In this document: one piece after another, positions 15,134 to 32,561 of the stretch
Layout: each line of letters starts with the position of its first letter
How positions within the stretch are numbered: the stretch's first letter is position 1
Source: the human T2T-CHM13v2.0 reference genome, Homo sapiens
Assembly: GCF_009914755.1 (NCBI RefSeq)
Contig: NC_060929.1
Direction: 5' to 3' (one strand)
DNA: 64,000 nucleotides
Program-made: the position numbers and the translations under genes
Notes under the pieces: model-generated
The model's database searches: none
Seen by the model: only the letters and a program-made list of their open reading frames with translations
Told to the model about the DNA's origin: nothing

Positions 15134-16254
15134 TAGCCATTACTGATGAGAGCAAAGGCTGAGGGTGAGTTGGTTTGAGAAGGAAAACCAGGAGATCAGC
15201 TATGAACGTATTAAGTAGGAGATGCCCCCTATATACTCAAATGGATAGGTCAGGTAGGTAGCTGGATATATAAGTTTGGGTCTGGATTTTGGAGACGAGT
15301 CTGAGCAGGAGATTTTAACATGGGACTCATCAGAATGTAGGTGGTGTTTTATGCCATGGGACTGGCTGAAGTCCCTAAGGGAGTGAGTGAAGACAGCATA
15401 GGGAAGAGATACAAAGATTGAGGCTCAGAAATGCCAACATTTAGAAATGGGGTGAAGAAAAGGAGCACAAAGGAGACAAGAAGGAGCAGCCAGAGAGATG
15501 GAAAACAATGTAAGTTTACTGATCTGGAGGCCCAGGGATGAAAGTGTTTCCAGGACCCAAGTGTAATCAGGTGGGTTGATGCTTTTGATAGGTAAAGTCT
15601 GATGAGGACTAAAAAATGATCGTTGGAGTTAGTGATATGGAGACCATTAGTAACCTTGAGAAGAGCAGTTTCAATGAGTGATAGAGACAAATTATGATTC
15701 GAGAGGGTTTGTTAGAAAAGAAGGACAAAAATTGGAGACAGTGAGTTATAAAAGGCCATTTTCAAAGAGTTTTGTTATTGAGGAAAAGAGAGAAAGGGAT
15801 AGCTAGAAAGGAAAGCAGAGCCAGGAGAGAGTTTTTTGCCGTATGCATTCACTCTGGTCTGGGAGAAATGTTCATAGGCTAACAGTTTTCATCTAGTAAA
15901 GAGGAGGAAATGATGACTCTGAAGAAAAAGGGAGAATTGCCAGAGCAATGACCTTGAGTGACCTTGAGTGGGCATGAAAGGCTGGGAACTACAGCACAGG
16001 CCAAGGAGAGCTGGAGCTCAGTGAAGAAGACAAGGGGCAGGGTTTGGACTTGGACGCAGGTAGGTGGGCATCGACCTGTCGTGGGAGCTTGAGAAATTGT
16101 CACTCATTCTGCTTACATTTCTCAGAGAGGTAGGAATCAAAGTTGTTGGCCGAGAGTGAGGATTGTTAGGGAGTTTTGGAAGTGTAATAAGAGAAAAGCC
16201 AGAATGAAATGGTCACTCAGTATAGTGGGGGAGTTTGTTCTGGGGAGACATAGT

Positions 16255-16663
16255 AGCTCCATGAAGCTTTTCTTGGAGTACGTCAAGGCCTCTGGAGCAG
16301 GGAGGTCCCCTTTAACCATGAGATCCTGCAGGAGGCCTATTCTCTGTATTGCTGTCTCCTGTGCTCAGCATAGACAAGTTCAAGACAGACATTCAGGATA
16401 AATGCAATCATGTGAGGTTCATGCCCTGTCTGCATCGTCCCCAGAAGCATGCAGTGCCACGGAGCCATTCATGAACAGGTTGAATGTCCTCTATGATGGG
16501 CAAGGCATCCTCAGGCCAATGCAGTAGCTCTTCTGCTGGTGACGGGGCACTTGAAGGGAGGTGCCACAAGTCAGACAACTGTTCCAAAGAGGAGGGGTAC
16601 TACACTTTGGTTAGAGAAACCTCTATGTCATTAATAAATGAGGAGCAGCCCCTTAGAACCCCT
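16255..16663 (+). pseudogene. COPS6: 5'-truncated processed pseudogene of COP9 signalosome subunit 6 (C-terminal CDS plus proximal 3'UTR)
   Basis: Translation across frameshifts gives KLFLEYVKAS / [16 protein letters not shown] / PVLSIDKFKTD / FMNRLNVLYDGQGI, versus recalled COPS6 [43 protein letters not shown]...FVNKFNVLYDRQGI; uninterrupted; AATAAA at 16633. Confidence 0.88.
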
Positions 16664-18364
16664 TTACAAATTCAGCATGGAAGGATCACTTGGCGGTGAG
16701 TGATTGTACTCGTAAGTCAAAACCAGCTAGAACAGTTGTGTTTTCTTTCATCCATGTTCAGCCACACAGGGGCAGCCATGGAATAAGAGGGTGTAGTTTG
16801 CTCAGACAAATATCACAAAGAAACGGGCATGGGAGTGAGGGCCCATTCAGGAGAGGGGTGATGTTGGTTGATCAGGGTTAAAGCTGATGAGAGAAAGAAA
16901 GGGTGAGGTCAGGGGAATGAGGAAGAATGAATAATAATTGGCAGGATTACATAATCACTGAAACTCCAGAGAGAGTGAGCTAGAAAGTTAGCAGATGGCA
17001 CTCAGAGACAGAAAGGTTAGAAATCAACACCATAGAGGGTTTATAGTTACTGGAACAGCAGGTTCAGGAGTTTGGATCTTGCGTTAACTTCCACTTTTCC
17101 TTTTTCTCTTTTTCTACATGGCTCCACTTTCTAAATGTAAATTGTCCTTTCTAAGTTGGTAAATGCAGAATCTTACCTAAAAGAGTGGTGTGGGGAAGGG
17201 AGGGGTGTAGGTTTGGTGGAAACCTACAAAGAGAGCTGATAGAACACAGGATGGGGGGATGTTGAATACTTTCCCTTGAATATCTTTTTTAAGCCTTGAA
17301 AATCATCTGTATTTGTAACTAGGATGATTGATGATTATAGTTCAATAAAATAATCTTATGTCTCTCATTTTTCTGCAGTATGAACAACCAGTTGAAAACT
17401 GAGAAAAATCTGTATAATCAACACTTATTTAGATAACGCAACGACATCAGTAACTTCACTCTTTTCCACTACTGAATTGCCTAATTGTTTTCCCTATTGG
17501 AAGGACACAGTATGAACTTGAAGGCTCATACAGGCCCCCAGATAGTCTGGTACCATAGTAAGGGGCCCATTTGCTCTACATTAAACATTTGTTTGAGGTT
17601 TTCTGAGAAGGCCATTACTAAATAGGAAAAGAGGTTTGGCAGGGGTAGGGGTGGGGTGGTGAGAGAAGGGGAACTTTAGATTCTTTGGGGAAAGTTAATG
17701 ATGGAGTTATGAAACTACCAACGGAGGAAGCTGTCAAGAAGTTAGGAGATCCTCAAAATATGTCAACTCATATGAAGAACAGGCACATAATTTTGATAGT
17801 AATTGCATGCTAAGTGTTCTAGATTGGGATTATTATTGGTCATTGGTGACAACTGATGAAGATTTCATCTGCAATATCTAACCACTAAATGAAGACTGCT
17901 TAACAAGTTAAGCTAATGAATTTATATTTGACTTAAAAGCCACAGTTATTTTAAAATTTTATATAATACATGTAAAATTATGCACTCACATAATGCATGT
18001 TATATATAATATATATGTGTGTATTAAATGTATAAATAAATTAAAAAATATATATCCCAATAATAAGTGTCTATAGCCTCTTGGTAATTAGGTTTTTAGT
18101 AAAATGTTTTCCTCTGTAGCAATGTTATTTCTTTTTTTTATTTTTTATTTTTTATTATTATTATACTTTAAGTTTTAGGGTACATGTGCACAATGTGCAG
18201 GTTAGTTACATATGCATACATGTGCCATGCTGGTGTGCTGCACCCATTAACTCATCATTTAGCATTAGGTATATCTCCTAATGCTATCCCTCCCCCCTCC
18301 CCCCACCCCACAACAGTCCCCAGAGTGTGATGTTCCCCTTCCTGTGTCCATCTGTTCTCATTGT

Positions 18365-23270
<4,906 letters not shown>

Positions 23271-24303
23271 CTTTGTGGTTTTATCTACTTTTGGTCTTTG
23301 ATGATGGTGATGTACAGATGGGTTTTTGGTGTGGATGTCCTTTCTGTTTGTTAGTTTTCCTTCTAACAGACAGGACCCTCAGCTGCAGGTCTGTTGGAGT
23401 TTGCTAGACGTCCACTCCAGACCCTGTTTGCCTGGGTATCAGCAGCGATGTCTGCAGAACAGTGGATTTTCGTGAACTGCGAATGCTGCTGTCTGATCTT
23501 TCCTCTGGAAGTTTTGTCTTAGAGGAGTACCCGGCCGTGTGAGGTGTCAGTCTGCCCCTACTGGGGGGTACCTCCCAATTAGGCTGCTCGGGGGTCAGGG
23601 GTCAGGGACCCACTTGAGGAGGCAGTCTGCACGTTCTCAGATCTCCAGCTGCGTGCTGGGAGAACCACTGCTCTCTTCAAAGCTGTCAGACAGGGGCATT
23701 TAAGTCTGCAGAGGTTACTGCTGTCTTTTAGTTTGTCTGTGCCCTGCCCCCAGAGGTGGAGCCTACAGAGGCAGGCAGGCCTCCTTGAGCTGTGGTGGGC
23801 TCCACCCAGTTTGAGCTTCCCGGCTGCTTTGTTTACCTAAGCAAGCCTGGGCAATGGCGGGCACCCCTCCCCCAGCCTCGCTGCCACCTTGCAGTTTGAT
23901 CTCAGACTGCTGTGCTAGCAATCAGTGAGACTCCTTGGGCGTAGGACCCTCTGAGCCATGTGCGGGATATAATCTCCTGGTGCACCCTTTCCTAAGCCCG
24001 TTGGAAAAGCGCAGTATTCGGGTGGGAGTGACCCTATTTTCCAGGTGCCGTCTGTCACCCCTTTCTTTGACCAGGAAAGGGAACTCCCTGACCCCTTGCA
24101 CTTCCCGAGTGAGGCAATGCCTTGCCCTGCTTTGGCTGGCGCACGGTGCGCTGCACCCACTGTCCTGTGCCCACTGTCTGGCACTCCCTAGTGAGATGAA
24201 CCCGGTACCTCAGATGGAAATGCAGAAATCACCCGTCTTCTGCATCACTCATGCTGGGAGCTGTAGACTGGAGCTGTTCTTATTCGGCCATCTTGGCTCC
24301 TCC
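23271..24303 (-). promoter_or_regulatory. L1 5'UTR internal promoter (YY1 site intact) with antisense promoter region
   Basis: AAGATGGCC (minus strand) at 24286-24294; complete 5'UTR present. Confidence 0.8.
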
Positions 24304-27303
24304 TAGCAATGTTATTTCTAAGCCAGAATCCTTACAATGAAAGGCAATGAAGTTGGAAAAGAGTCTCATTCCCTAACCTGGGAGAATGATTCAGGGTTCT
24401 CCGTTTGTGTGGGGCTCTTCCAAGGCTCTATTCCTGCTTTTAAAATCACAGTTTCATGTTTTTTTTATTGAAGAGAGTCCTCAAAGTGATTAACCCAGGA
24501 CTGAAAAAACCTGAGTCCACCCCTGCCTCAGAATGCTTTCAGCACAAAAGCATTCAGTCTGTATGATAATTGCATAATCCCAGTGTTGTGTGGTATAATA
24601 TCAAACCCCAAACTCATCATGTATTCTCTGCCAGCTGGGGTCCAAATCAAGTTATGAAGATTTCCGGAGGCACTGCCAGCTTCTGTTCTCTATGCTCCCT
24701 TCCTCCTCTGGATGGCTTCTGTCCTTGATGTGTCTAAGGCTGGGCTTAGGGGATAGTCACAAGTGGCAGATGAACAGCAATCTGGTGTGAGTGGCTGCTG
24801 GGCACAGCAAATAGTCTCACACGGCCTCCTTTTCTCTTAGACAAGGCTTTGGTGGATTCCTTGGTGCCACTTCCTCCTGGCTGCTTCCCATCTGATGAGG
24901 ACAGTATCTTTCCTGGGCTGGCCACCCATGACCCTGACACCTCTGCTCCTGGGTTCCCATGGCCACTCCTTTGTTGGAGTCCATTCGCCTCTCCAGGTAG
25001 ACCTCTTCGTGGGATCTGTGTTAAGGTTTTCCTCTAACAGAGCTCATGTTTGGACTTTGACAAGCCTCCCTGGGGTCAAAGTGCAGCTTGAATCAGTGCA
25101 TTCCCTCTTTTTTCTGGATCTCAATTTCCTTAAGTCTCTGTAAGTCACTTTCTCTTGGCTTCAGGTTGAGGGGAAGTGCCATCTCCCCTTCCTTGGGGAT
25201 GTGTGTGGGTAGCAATATGGCTCACTGACAACTCATACTGTAGAAGTGTTAGTTCTTCAGTCTTTTTTTTTTAGGCTGAGGTCAGCAACCGGCTAATGCT
25301 GGAAAGACCAACTTGGGACTACTTTCTGCAATCTTTTGGAAAATCCTGAAGGAATGGTTTAGACTAGCATCTCTCTTCGAAATAGAGGCGGACTTGGAGT
25401 TGTTTTGTGCTTCACTTCAGAGGGATTACATTGAAGCAGGAAAAGTGGCATTTAATAACACATTACACCCCCAAATTGGAGAATCCAAGAAAATGGAGAT
25501 GAAACAAGTCTACAAGAATAGTTTGGCACATGGAACTACAGATAAAAATGGTAGGAAAATCCTGTGGGGTGAGACACTGGCTACTCAAGTCTGGAGGGAT
25601 AGCTTGGGGCAATGTGCTCAGAATAAGACCTTTCCATTTCTGACTTGGAGGATCAGGCACATCTTTCCTTAAAGTGGTCTATAATTTCTTTTTCTCATCT
25701 AGGTTTTGAACTGTAGGTGTAATTCTTAAAGAGAAAGAGGGTAGTGGTATGGAAATGTAAAATCTAAGAACCAGTGAATACTTATTCACATTTGCAAACG
25801 GGTCCACAACAAGAAGCATCTACCTGGGATCCCTGCAATTTTATACTCTGATATTTCCTTGGTCTCATGGATCCAATTCTACAGTAAAATCCTCAGGCAT
25901 CTGTCATAGCCTGGAAAAATTTACAATTCAAATACCCAGTGGGTAAACTTCTAGCCTAAGCTGGTCCCCATGAAGAAATATAATTTTATTCCTTTCTCTG
26001 TCTTGCGCTTGAAATGGAAATGAAAATTCTTAGTTTAAAAGATTCTACTGGGTCATCAGGATAAAATGATTACAATTGCAAACTCTTGTAAAACACATGA
26101 TCCCTGGTTATCTGTATCATAATGGTGGCATTTATTTGGGAATTCTCTTGGATTTCAGGTATGGACTTGTTTGGGAAGTAGGGCAACAAAGCCCTCACAT
26201 TCGTAAATAGTGGTGTGCATTCCTGCGCTGGTCTGCCAGAAAACCTGCATTAAAATTAATAATTTGCTAGAAACTTTTCAGGTTGGCCTGGCTTGACATG
26301 GAGTCATTAAGTTTTCAGATATGCATAAAAACCATAGGTAAAAACTATCAAAAACAAGTTAAAAGAGCATATTTGAATAATTTGTGTCAAGGATGGATAA
26401 TATAATAATTAGAAACATTAAGTTCCTTAGGGTGTCTTAATTTGCTTTGGGATATTAACCTCTCACATTTGGCCTCAATAGGCATGCAATTTTCATATTT
26501 GCAGAAATTTCAATGCGTTTCCATTATCCATTTGTTGATGGGGGTGAAGATGAATTAAGTAATCTGTACTTATTTTAATGTTTAGTTGTCATCAGTTCAT
26601 GCCTAAGAGGACAAAGCACTTGAAATGTGTACATGGTCATGGCAAAAAAAAAAAAAAATACTTTGGTTGGAGGTCATTTGTCCCCTTCTTTTCCTATGCA
26701 TTAAGTGGCTGTGTAAATACGATAGACTTAATTACTTTATAGCATGTAGTCATGTGGCATCTTGGTATGGCTAATTGGGGTGGAATTCTTAGAGACTGCT
26801 TTTTTTAGCTTTGTCTTTGTATCTCTTGGAATTAAAAACCTATTTAAATGAAGGAACCATGCAACATGAAATGCTTTTCACCTGAGAGTGGTAATTGTTG
26901 AACTATACCTAGTATTTTCTGTATCTGTAGCTGCCTCTGGATAATTGTATAAGATAGGAGTCAGCTAATAGGGAATCATTAAGTATGACCTTCTTTTCCA
27001 GAAATTCAGGTCATTTTCACCCTTCAGTGATTGTCAATGTTAGTGAAGCTGTTTCTCACTTGTATGGCCAATTTCAATTCATCTCAAACTTCCAGACATT
27101 CCATTGATAATGCAAATAACTGAATGCTCTCAGCATAATCTGGTATTTACGTCAGAATTTTCTGTTTCATGTGAGCCTTGCAATAAACTTTTACAACACA
27201 TTGAAGACTTCTTTCTTGGATAACATAATCAATAGTCATGAGATCTATTATTTAAGTTAATATATGTTTTTATTTCTATAAAGATGCATTTACAAATCAT
27301 TAG

Positions 27304-27486
<183 letters not shown>

Positions 27487-28425
27487 TAATTCTGGGCAGT
27501 TTGGCTCTGTGTGGATTCGCTCTGTAGCACTCACTACAGGACCATTTCCCTGAGCTTTTTTTTTTTTTTTTTTTTGTGGGGGGAAACTAAGACCTTCCCC
27601 TCACCACTGGGAAGCACCATCCATCCATTATCCCAAAATGGCAAGGCCACTTCCTCTAGGTCCTGGTTTCCATATATTGTGTGATAGGGTTCACCTCCTT
27701 CCGGAAAGCATGATGGAATGTTTTGCTTGGCCCACCACAAGAAAGTATCTATTTAGGTAAGTCTCTGCTCTCCACCCTCCTTAGGTCGTTTTTTCCCAGG
27801 TCCCAGGTCTTAGACCTGCTTCCTCCATGTATATTTTGCTATTTTTCTCATGTGGGTATGCTGTATTTAATCTTTATAGAATTCATAAGATTGAATATAT
27901 GGCAAATTAGAAATATGTTCAATTTTTAAGTTTAAAGTGTTGTTTTTCCATTCACAATCATTTTTAAAATTCTTTGGGTCTTTTTAAGGGCAATTTTCAA
28001 AAATGATTTTTTAAAGACAACACAATATTATTATGGCAAAAAGTTTATTGCATAGTACACTCTTCTCCCTAGATTTTAAACTCCTTAAGGGAAGAAAGTA
28101 AATTTCTTCTCATTATCCTGTAGGACTAGACTAGTGTCTGTCATATACCTGGATGAATACACAAATGGGTATTTTAAAATCATTTCTTTAAAACCTGGTT
28201 ATATATATGAAATTCTAAACATTTTTTTCTTTGTGTGTGATGAATATATCCTGAATCAAATTACTGTGAACAGAAGTCAATGGAATGGTTTTTAAGATGT
28301 ATTGATGCTAGCAAGGCCAGTTGCAAGTTCAGTCTTCTCTGTCTTTCTCTCCGATAGCCATCCTAAGTCCACACATTAAAAAAAATCTATTCATCCATTT
28401 ATTCATCTATCTGTATATCTTCTAC

Positions 28426-28429
<4 letters not shown>

Positions 28430-28480
<51 letters not shown>
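28430..28480. repeat. (TCTA)n / (GATA)n tetranucleotide STR
   Basis: About 12 tandem TCTA units with degenerate units upstream. Confidence 0.97.
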
Positions 28481-28489
28481 TTTTCCACC

Positions 28490-29200
28490 CGGTTAGTCAA
28501 CCAGTCACTTATTCTGCTGCTATTCAGTTGTATCCTTGTTATATAATGGTGAGCAAGGTAGGCATGGCCCTGCTTTCATATGGAGAAGAGAATATTAAGC
28601 CCATCACTTAAAATGTGATAAGTACTGTGATAGAAAAAAATACATCTCTCATACATCTCAGCATAGAATCTGTCATGTGAGAAATGAAGATCTAGAAAAG
28701 CATGGAGGAAAAATGAAAATTATGCTGAGACTTCACATGTGTGAAAGGGTTAACCAAGAAATGAGGAGAGGGGATGGTGTTTAGGCAGGCCAGAGTACAA
28801 TGTCTGCACATCTGCAGGGGAGAGAGAACATGGTGTGTTCTAGGAGCAGAAAGAATTGCAGTTATTTCTAGAGCTTGGATTACCAAACAGGGAGTAAGGA
28901 ATGATGAGGATGCCAGTACCAGTAGGGGTTAGAATTTGAAAGGCTCCATAAAGTGGTGAGAGTTTAAAGTTCTCATCTTGGCTGAAGAATTGAGAATGGG
29001 TGGCCAGGTGCAAATCTGGAGCAAGAGTAGGGACTGGGAAGCCAGTTAAGAAGATGCCACAGGGAAGAGGAAGAGGGTGATCACCTGACCTCAGGTAGTG
29101 GCTGTGAGGTTGTGAAAAATGGCATCATTCAAGTAAACACTCTTAGTTACAGGGAACTGGCAGAACATGAAAGGATCAGAATGAATCAATCTTGGCAATC
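28490..29200 (-). mobile_element. L2 fragment
   Basis: Purine-rich L2-type text (catggccctgctttcat, gaagccagttaagaag, ggtagtggctgtgag). Confidence 0.6.
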
Positions 29201-32146
29201 AGAAGACACAGGTAAATCATCTGTTTCTAAGTTTCTCCATTGCTTCATCTTTGAAAAAGTGATAATTTCTGATCATTTCATTTTGAGAGCTATTGTTTAG
29301 TCTTTCCTTTTAGCAAAATTGATTAACCTTTGCTATAGATGAGGAAATAGAAGAAACGAAGAAGAGAATTTAAACAGAGGAGATACTTATTCTGGCATCC
29401 TATAAATTTGTTATTTAACTTCAGGGCAAAATCAAAATAAGATGCCAAATTGTGCTTAATGTGCATGCCTGTCTCTGAGGCTATAAACACAGCATGACTG
29501 GACAAACCACATATGGAGCTAGAGTCTTCTGTGGTCTTTCTTGAAGGGAATAAAGACCATGAATAAGGACAGGATATTTCAGGTCTCGAGATTCTGTCCC
29601 ATCGACTGAAAAAGGCATCAAGCATTAGGGACATTAATTTAGAAGAAGACAAATATAGTTAACAATAATTGTTGCATAAAGACATGATGTTATTGGTTTT
29701 TAAAAGCCCATTCAAAGTTTTAAAAATCTTAGCTATATTCCTATAATTTTTTAGTGCCACATAGTGTGATGCTTTAAGGATCTGTATGAGTAAATGTCAT
29801 TTTTTTTTCAATATTTGAGCATAATTAGTGAAGTTTTTCTTGGTGTGGATGATTTGCTCATGTTATCGCTGTTGGTTACTGTTTTTGTAAATTTCAAATT
29901 GTCCATTTTTAAAGATAATTTTATTTACTTAAAGATGAAGAGGAACTTTGATTGTATGAGATTGCCTGCAGCGGCCTTAATAGTCAAAGAGATGGTTTAG
30001 TTCTTTTGGAAAAGGAAATGTGACCCTAGGATTACGCCCTTGAGAGATGATACTTCAATTCAAATTGGGATTCACAGGGTAATTGCAGCCTGTGGTAATG
30101 CATCTTCAACATCTTAAAATAGCTGTTAGACAGTAGAGCTTTCCCCTTGAGGAGGGCAGTGTTCACTAGGAGATGTCTTTTGTCTCTTTCAAACCAGCAG
30201 AGCAGCCTCTTAACAATGCAAAGAAACAATATATAATATTTTCCGGAGTGATTTCAAAATTAACTGAGAACAAAAATATCCTCATCTGTTTTGTACTGTG
30301 CTACAAATAAAAAATAAATAAAACAAATAAATAGAACAGCATCTGGACAGTGTCCATGTCTGGGTTAATTTTGAGGCTTCTATAGGGAATATAAAATTTA
30401 GACTTGGAGCCCTTAGTGTACAAGCAAGCAACTGAACAAACTCTTAATGTCATGGGTCATTACATCCACTGTATTGTACTCTTTACAGAAAAACATACAA
30501 CTAATAAAAATATATTACTATGTTTTTCTACCTTCTGTAGGTAAACAGTGGCTGACAGCAAACAGTGAGCTATTGCTTTATTCTGAATTGCATAAATTGA
30601 GCTGATGGTTTTCTTAAATATCCAGTGAATGAGGCTATTTGACTATTTTTTTCTTTGTCAGGATTTTGACAGCAAGTAACTAAATCTAATTTTTTTAAAA
30701 AGAGGTCATTGGAAGAGCCTTCCAGTCACACTGAAGGTTGTAAAGCAGAGAAACATGTTAAGATGAAGTGGACCATGGCAGCTGGGAGACCAAACCACAC
30801 CTAACAGATAAGAGGCTGCAGGGGACAATGCAGAAGGTGCACAGGTTCCCTTTTCATGTCCAGAACTACTGGTTGGCTGCGCCCAGGGAAGACTGTAGGG
30901 AGGGGAGGACAGATTGAGTTGGGACACCTTGGCTGTGAGGGTGATTATGAAAATGCCAGCCCCAGAGGGAAGGCAAAAGTCAGGTTAAGAAAGCAAATGA
31001 GATGGCTGAGAATCACAAGAGAATGGGTTTTAAGTCAAACAGAAAAAATAAGAATGTAAATAACAGACAGGTAGCAAGGTCAGGTGATTTGGAAGATGGG
31101 ACAATATGACAAGGAACAAGGTGTGTTGCAGATTGAGCTGATCAATTCAGGAACTAAATCCATAAGTGCTGAGAGGCAGCTAGACAGTTGATCTAAAAAT
31201 TCTTTAACACAATGGGGGTTAAAGAAAAACCCTGTGTTTCAACAGACTACAGGCAGGGACTTGGCATCAAGACTAAAATATCAAGGATTTCAGCTAGATG
31301 GGCTGTCCAGAGTCCATAAAAGTAGAAACTGAGAGACCTACAGATGCTGTGGCAACACAGTGGTGTAAGCCAGGCAATGTCAATGGCAGCACAGCTCTAG
31401 AAGCTGAAGAATAGAACAGATTCATTCAAAAACAAGGCAAAGAGCACTTATCATGTGGTGAGTACAATAGATAGGTTACAAGGAGGTATCAGGGTTGATT
31501 CCTGTCCTCAGGAATGTGACAATCTGGTAGAGATACCACCAGCAACCACTCCTTCCCCAACCCACCCAACCAAACCAATGAGACATCTTGCAACACTCTG
31601 TAATATATTACTACATTTACTTTGCTTTATGACAGGTGGGCTTCAGGCCCAGGTCAGCCTGACATGGAGGCTGGTGTGTGGCAAGGCCTGCAACAGTTCT
31701 GAGAGAAGTGATTGCTGAGAGATTAGAACATAGGCTGAGATATTTTCTTGGCATCCTTCCTAATTAATCTCCCAGGCTTTGCTCAGCAGCACAGTAATTC
31801 TTGAACCCTCTCCTTAGCCACAGCAAGCACTAGACCCAAGATAAATTTATAGGACAGGTTTTTGGTGTGGTTTTATTGATAGAAGAAACAGGGTTTAATT
31901 TGCTAGGAAAGTATGAGTTTTACTTTCTGAAGGAATCTGTTAAAAATAAGGATGCGTATGCTTTGAAGAGTCCTTCCTGGCACTGATGTGAAAGCAACTA
32001 ACTTTGAAGCAGCCTCTCTACTGTGGTTCTAAGTCTTTGTGAGTCACTTGGAAACACAAGTCTGGTAGGCAGGAGGTCTGTATTATTCATACTTTTTCCT
32101 AAGTCTGACTTGAGGCACATCATCCCACCTCTTTGTGCTTGTGCTG

Positions 32147-32561
32147 TATTGTAGTTTGAATGTTTCCTTCAAAGTGCATGTATTGAAGTTTAATCCCCAA
32201 TGCAACAGTATTGGGAGGTGGGGCCCAGTAATAGGTGATTAAGTCATGAGGGCTCTGTCCTCATGAACAGACACACGTTATTATTGTGGAGTGGATTAGT
32301 TATCTTGAGAATGAGCTTGTTCTAAAGGTGAGTTCTGTCCTCTCTTGCTCTCTTTCTCTTTCTCCCACATTCTTTTTCATCTACTTTCTACCATGGGATG
32401 ATGCAGCAAGAAGACCCTCACCAGATGCCAGACCCTCAGCCTTGGATTTCTTAACCCCCAGAACTCTAAGAAGTAAATTTCTTTTTCTTTCTTTTTTTTT
32501 TTTTAAATAAATTGCTTAGTCTGTGGTATTTTGTTATAGCAACACAAGATGGACTAAGACA
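32147..32561 (+). mobile_element. MST-type (MSTC/D-like) MaLR solo LTR
   Basis: gtttgaatg...taatccccaatgcaacagtattgggaggtggggcc...accctcaccagatgc...ggactaagaca. Confidence 0.85.

Noticed and set aside
16484-16699. 71-aa ORF overlapping the COPS6 retrocopy
   Set aside because: Out of frame with the COPS6 protein and mostly 3'UTR-derived
29480-29660. Codon-like stretch as an exon or pseudogene
   Set aside because: In-frame stop and no recognisable protein; possibly a decayed ancient LINE
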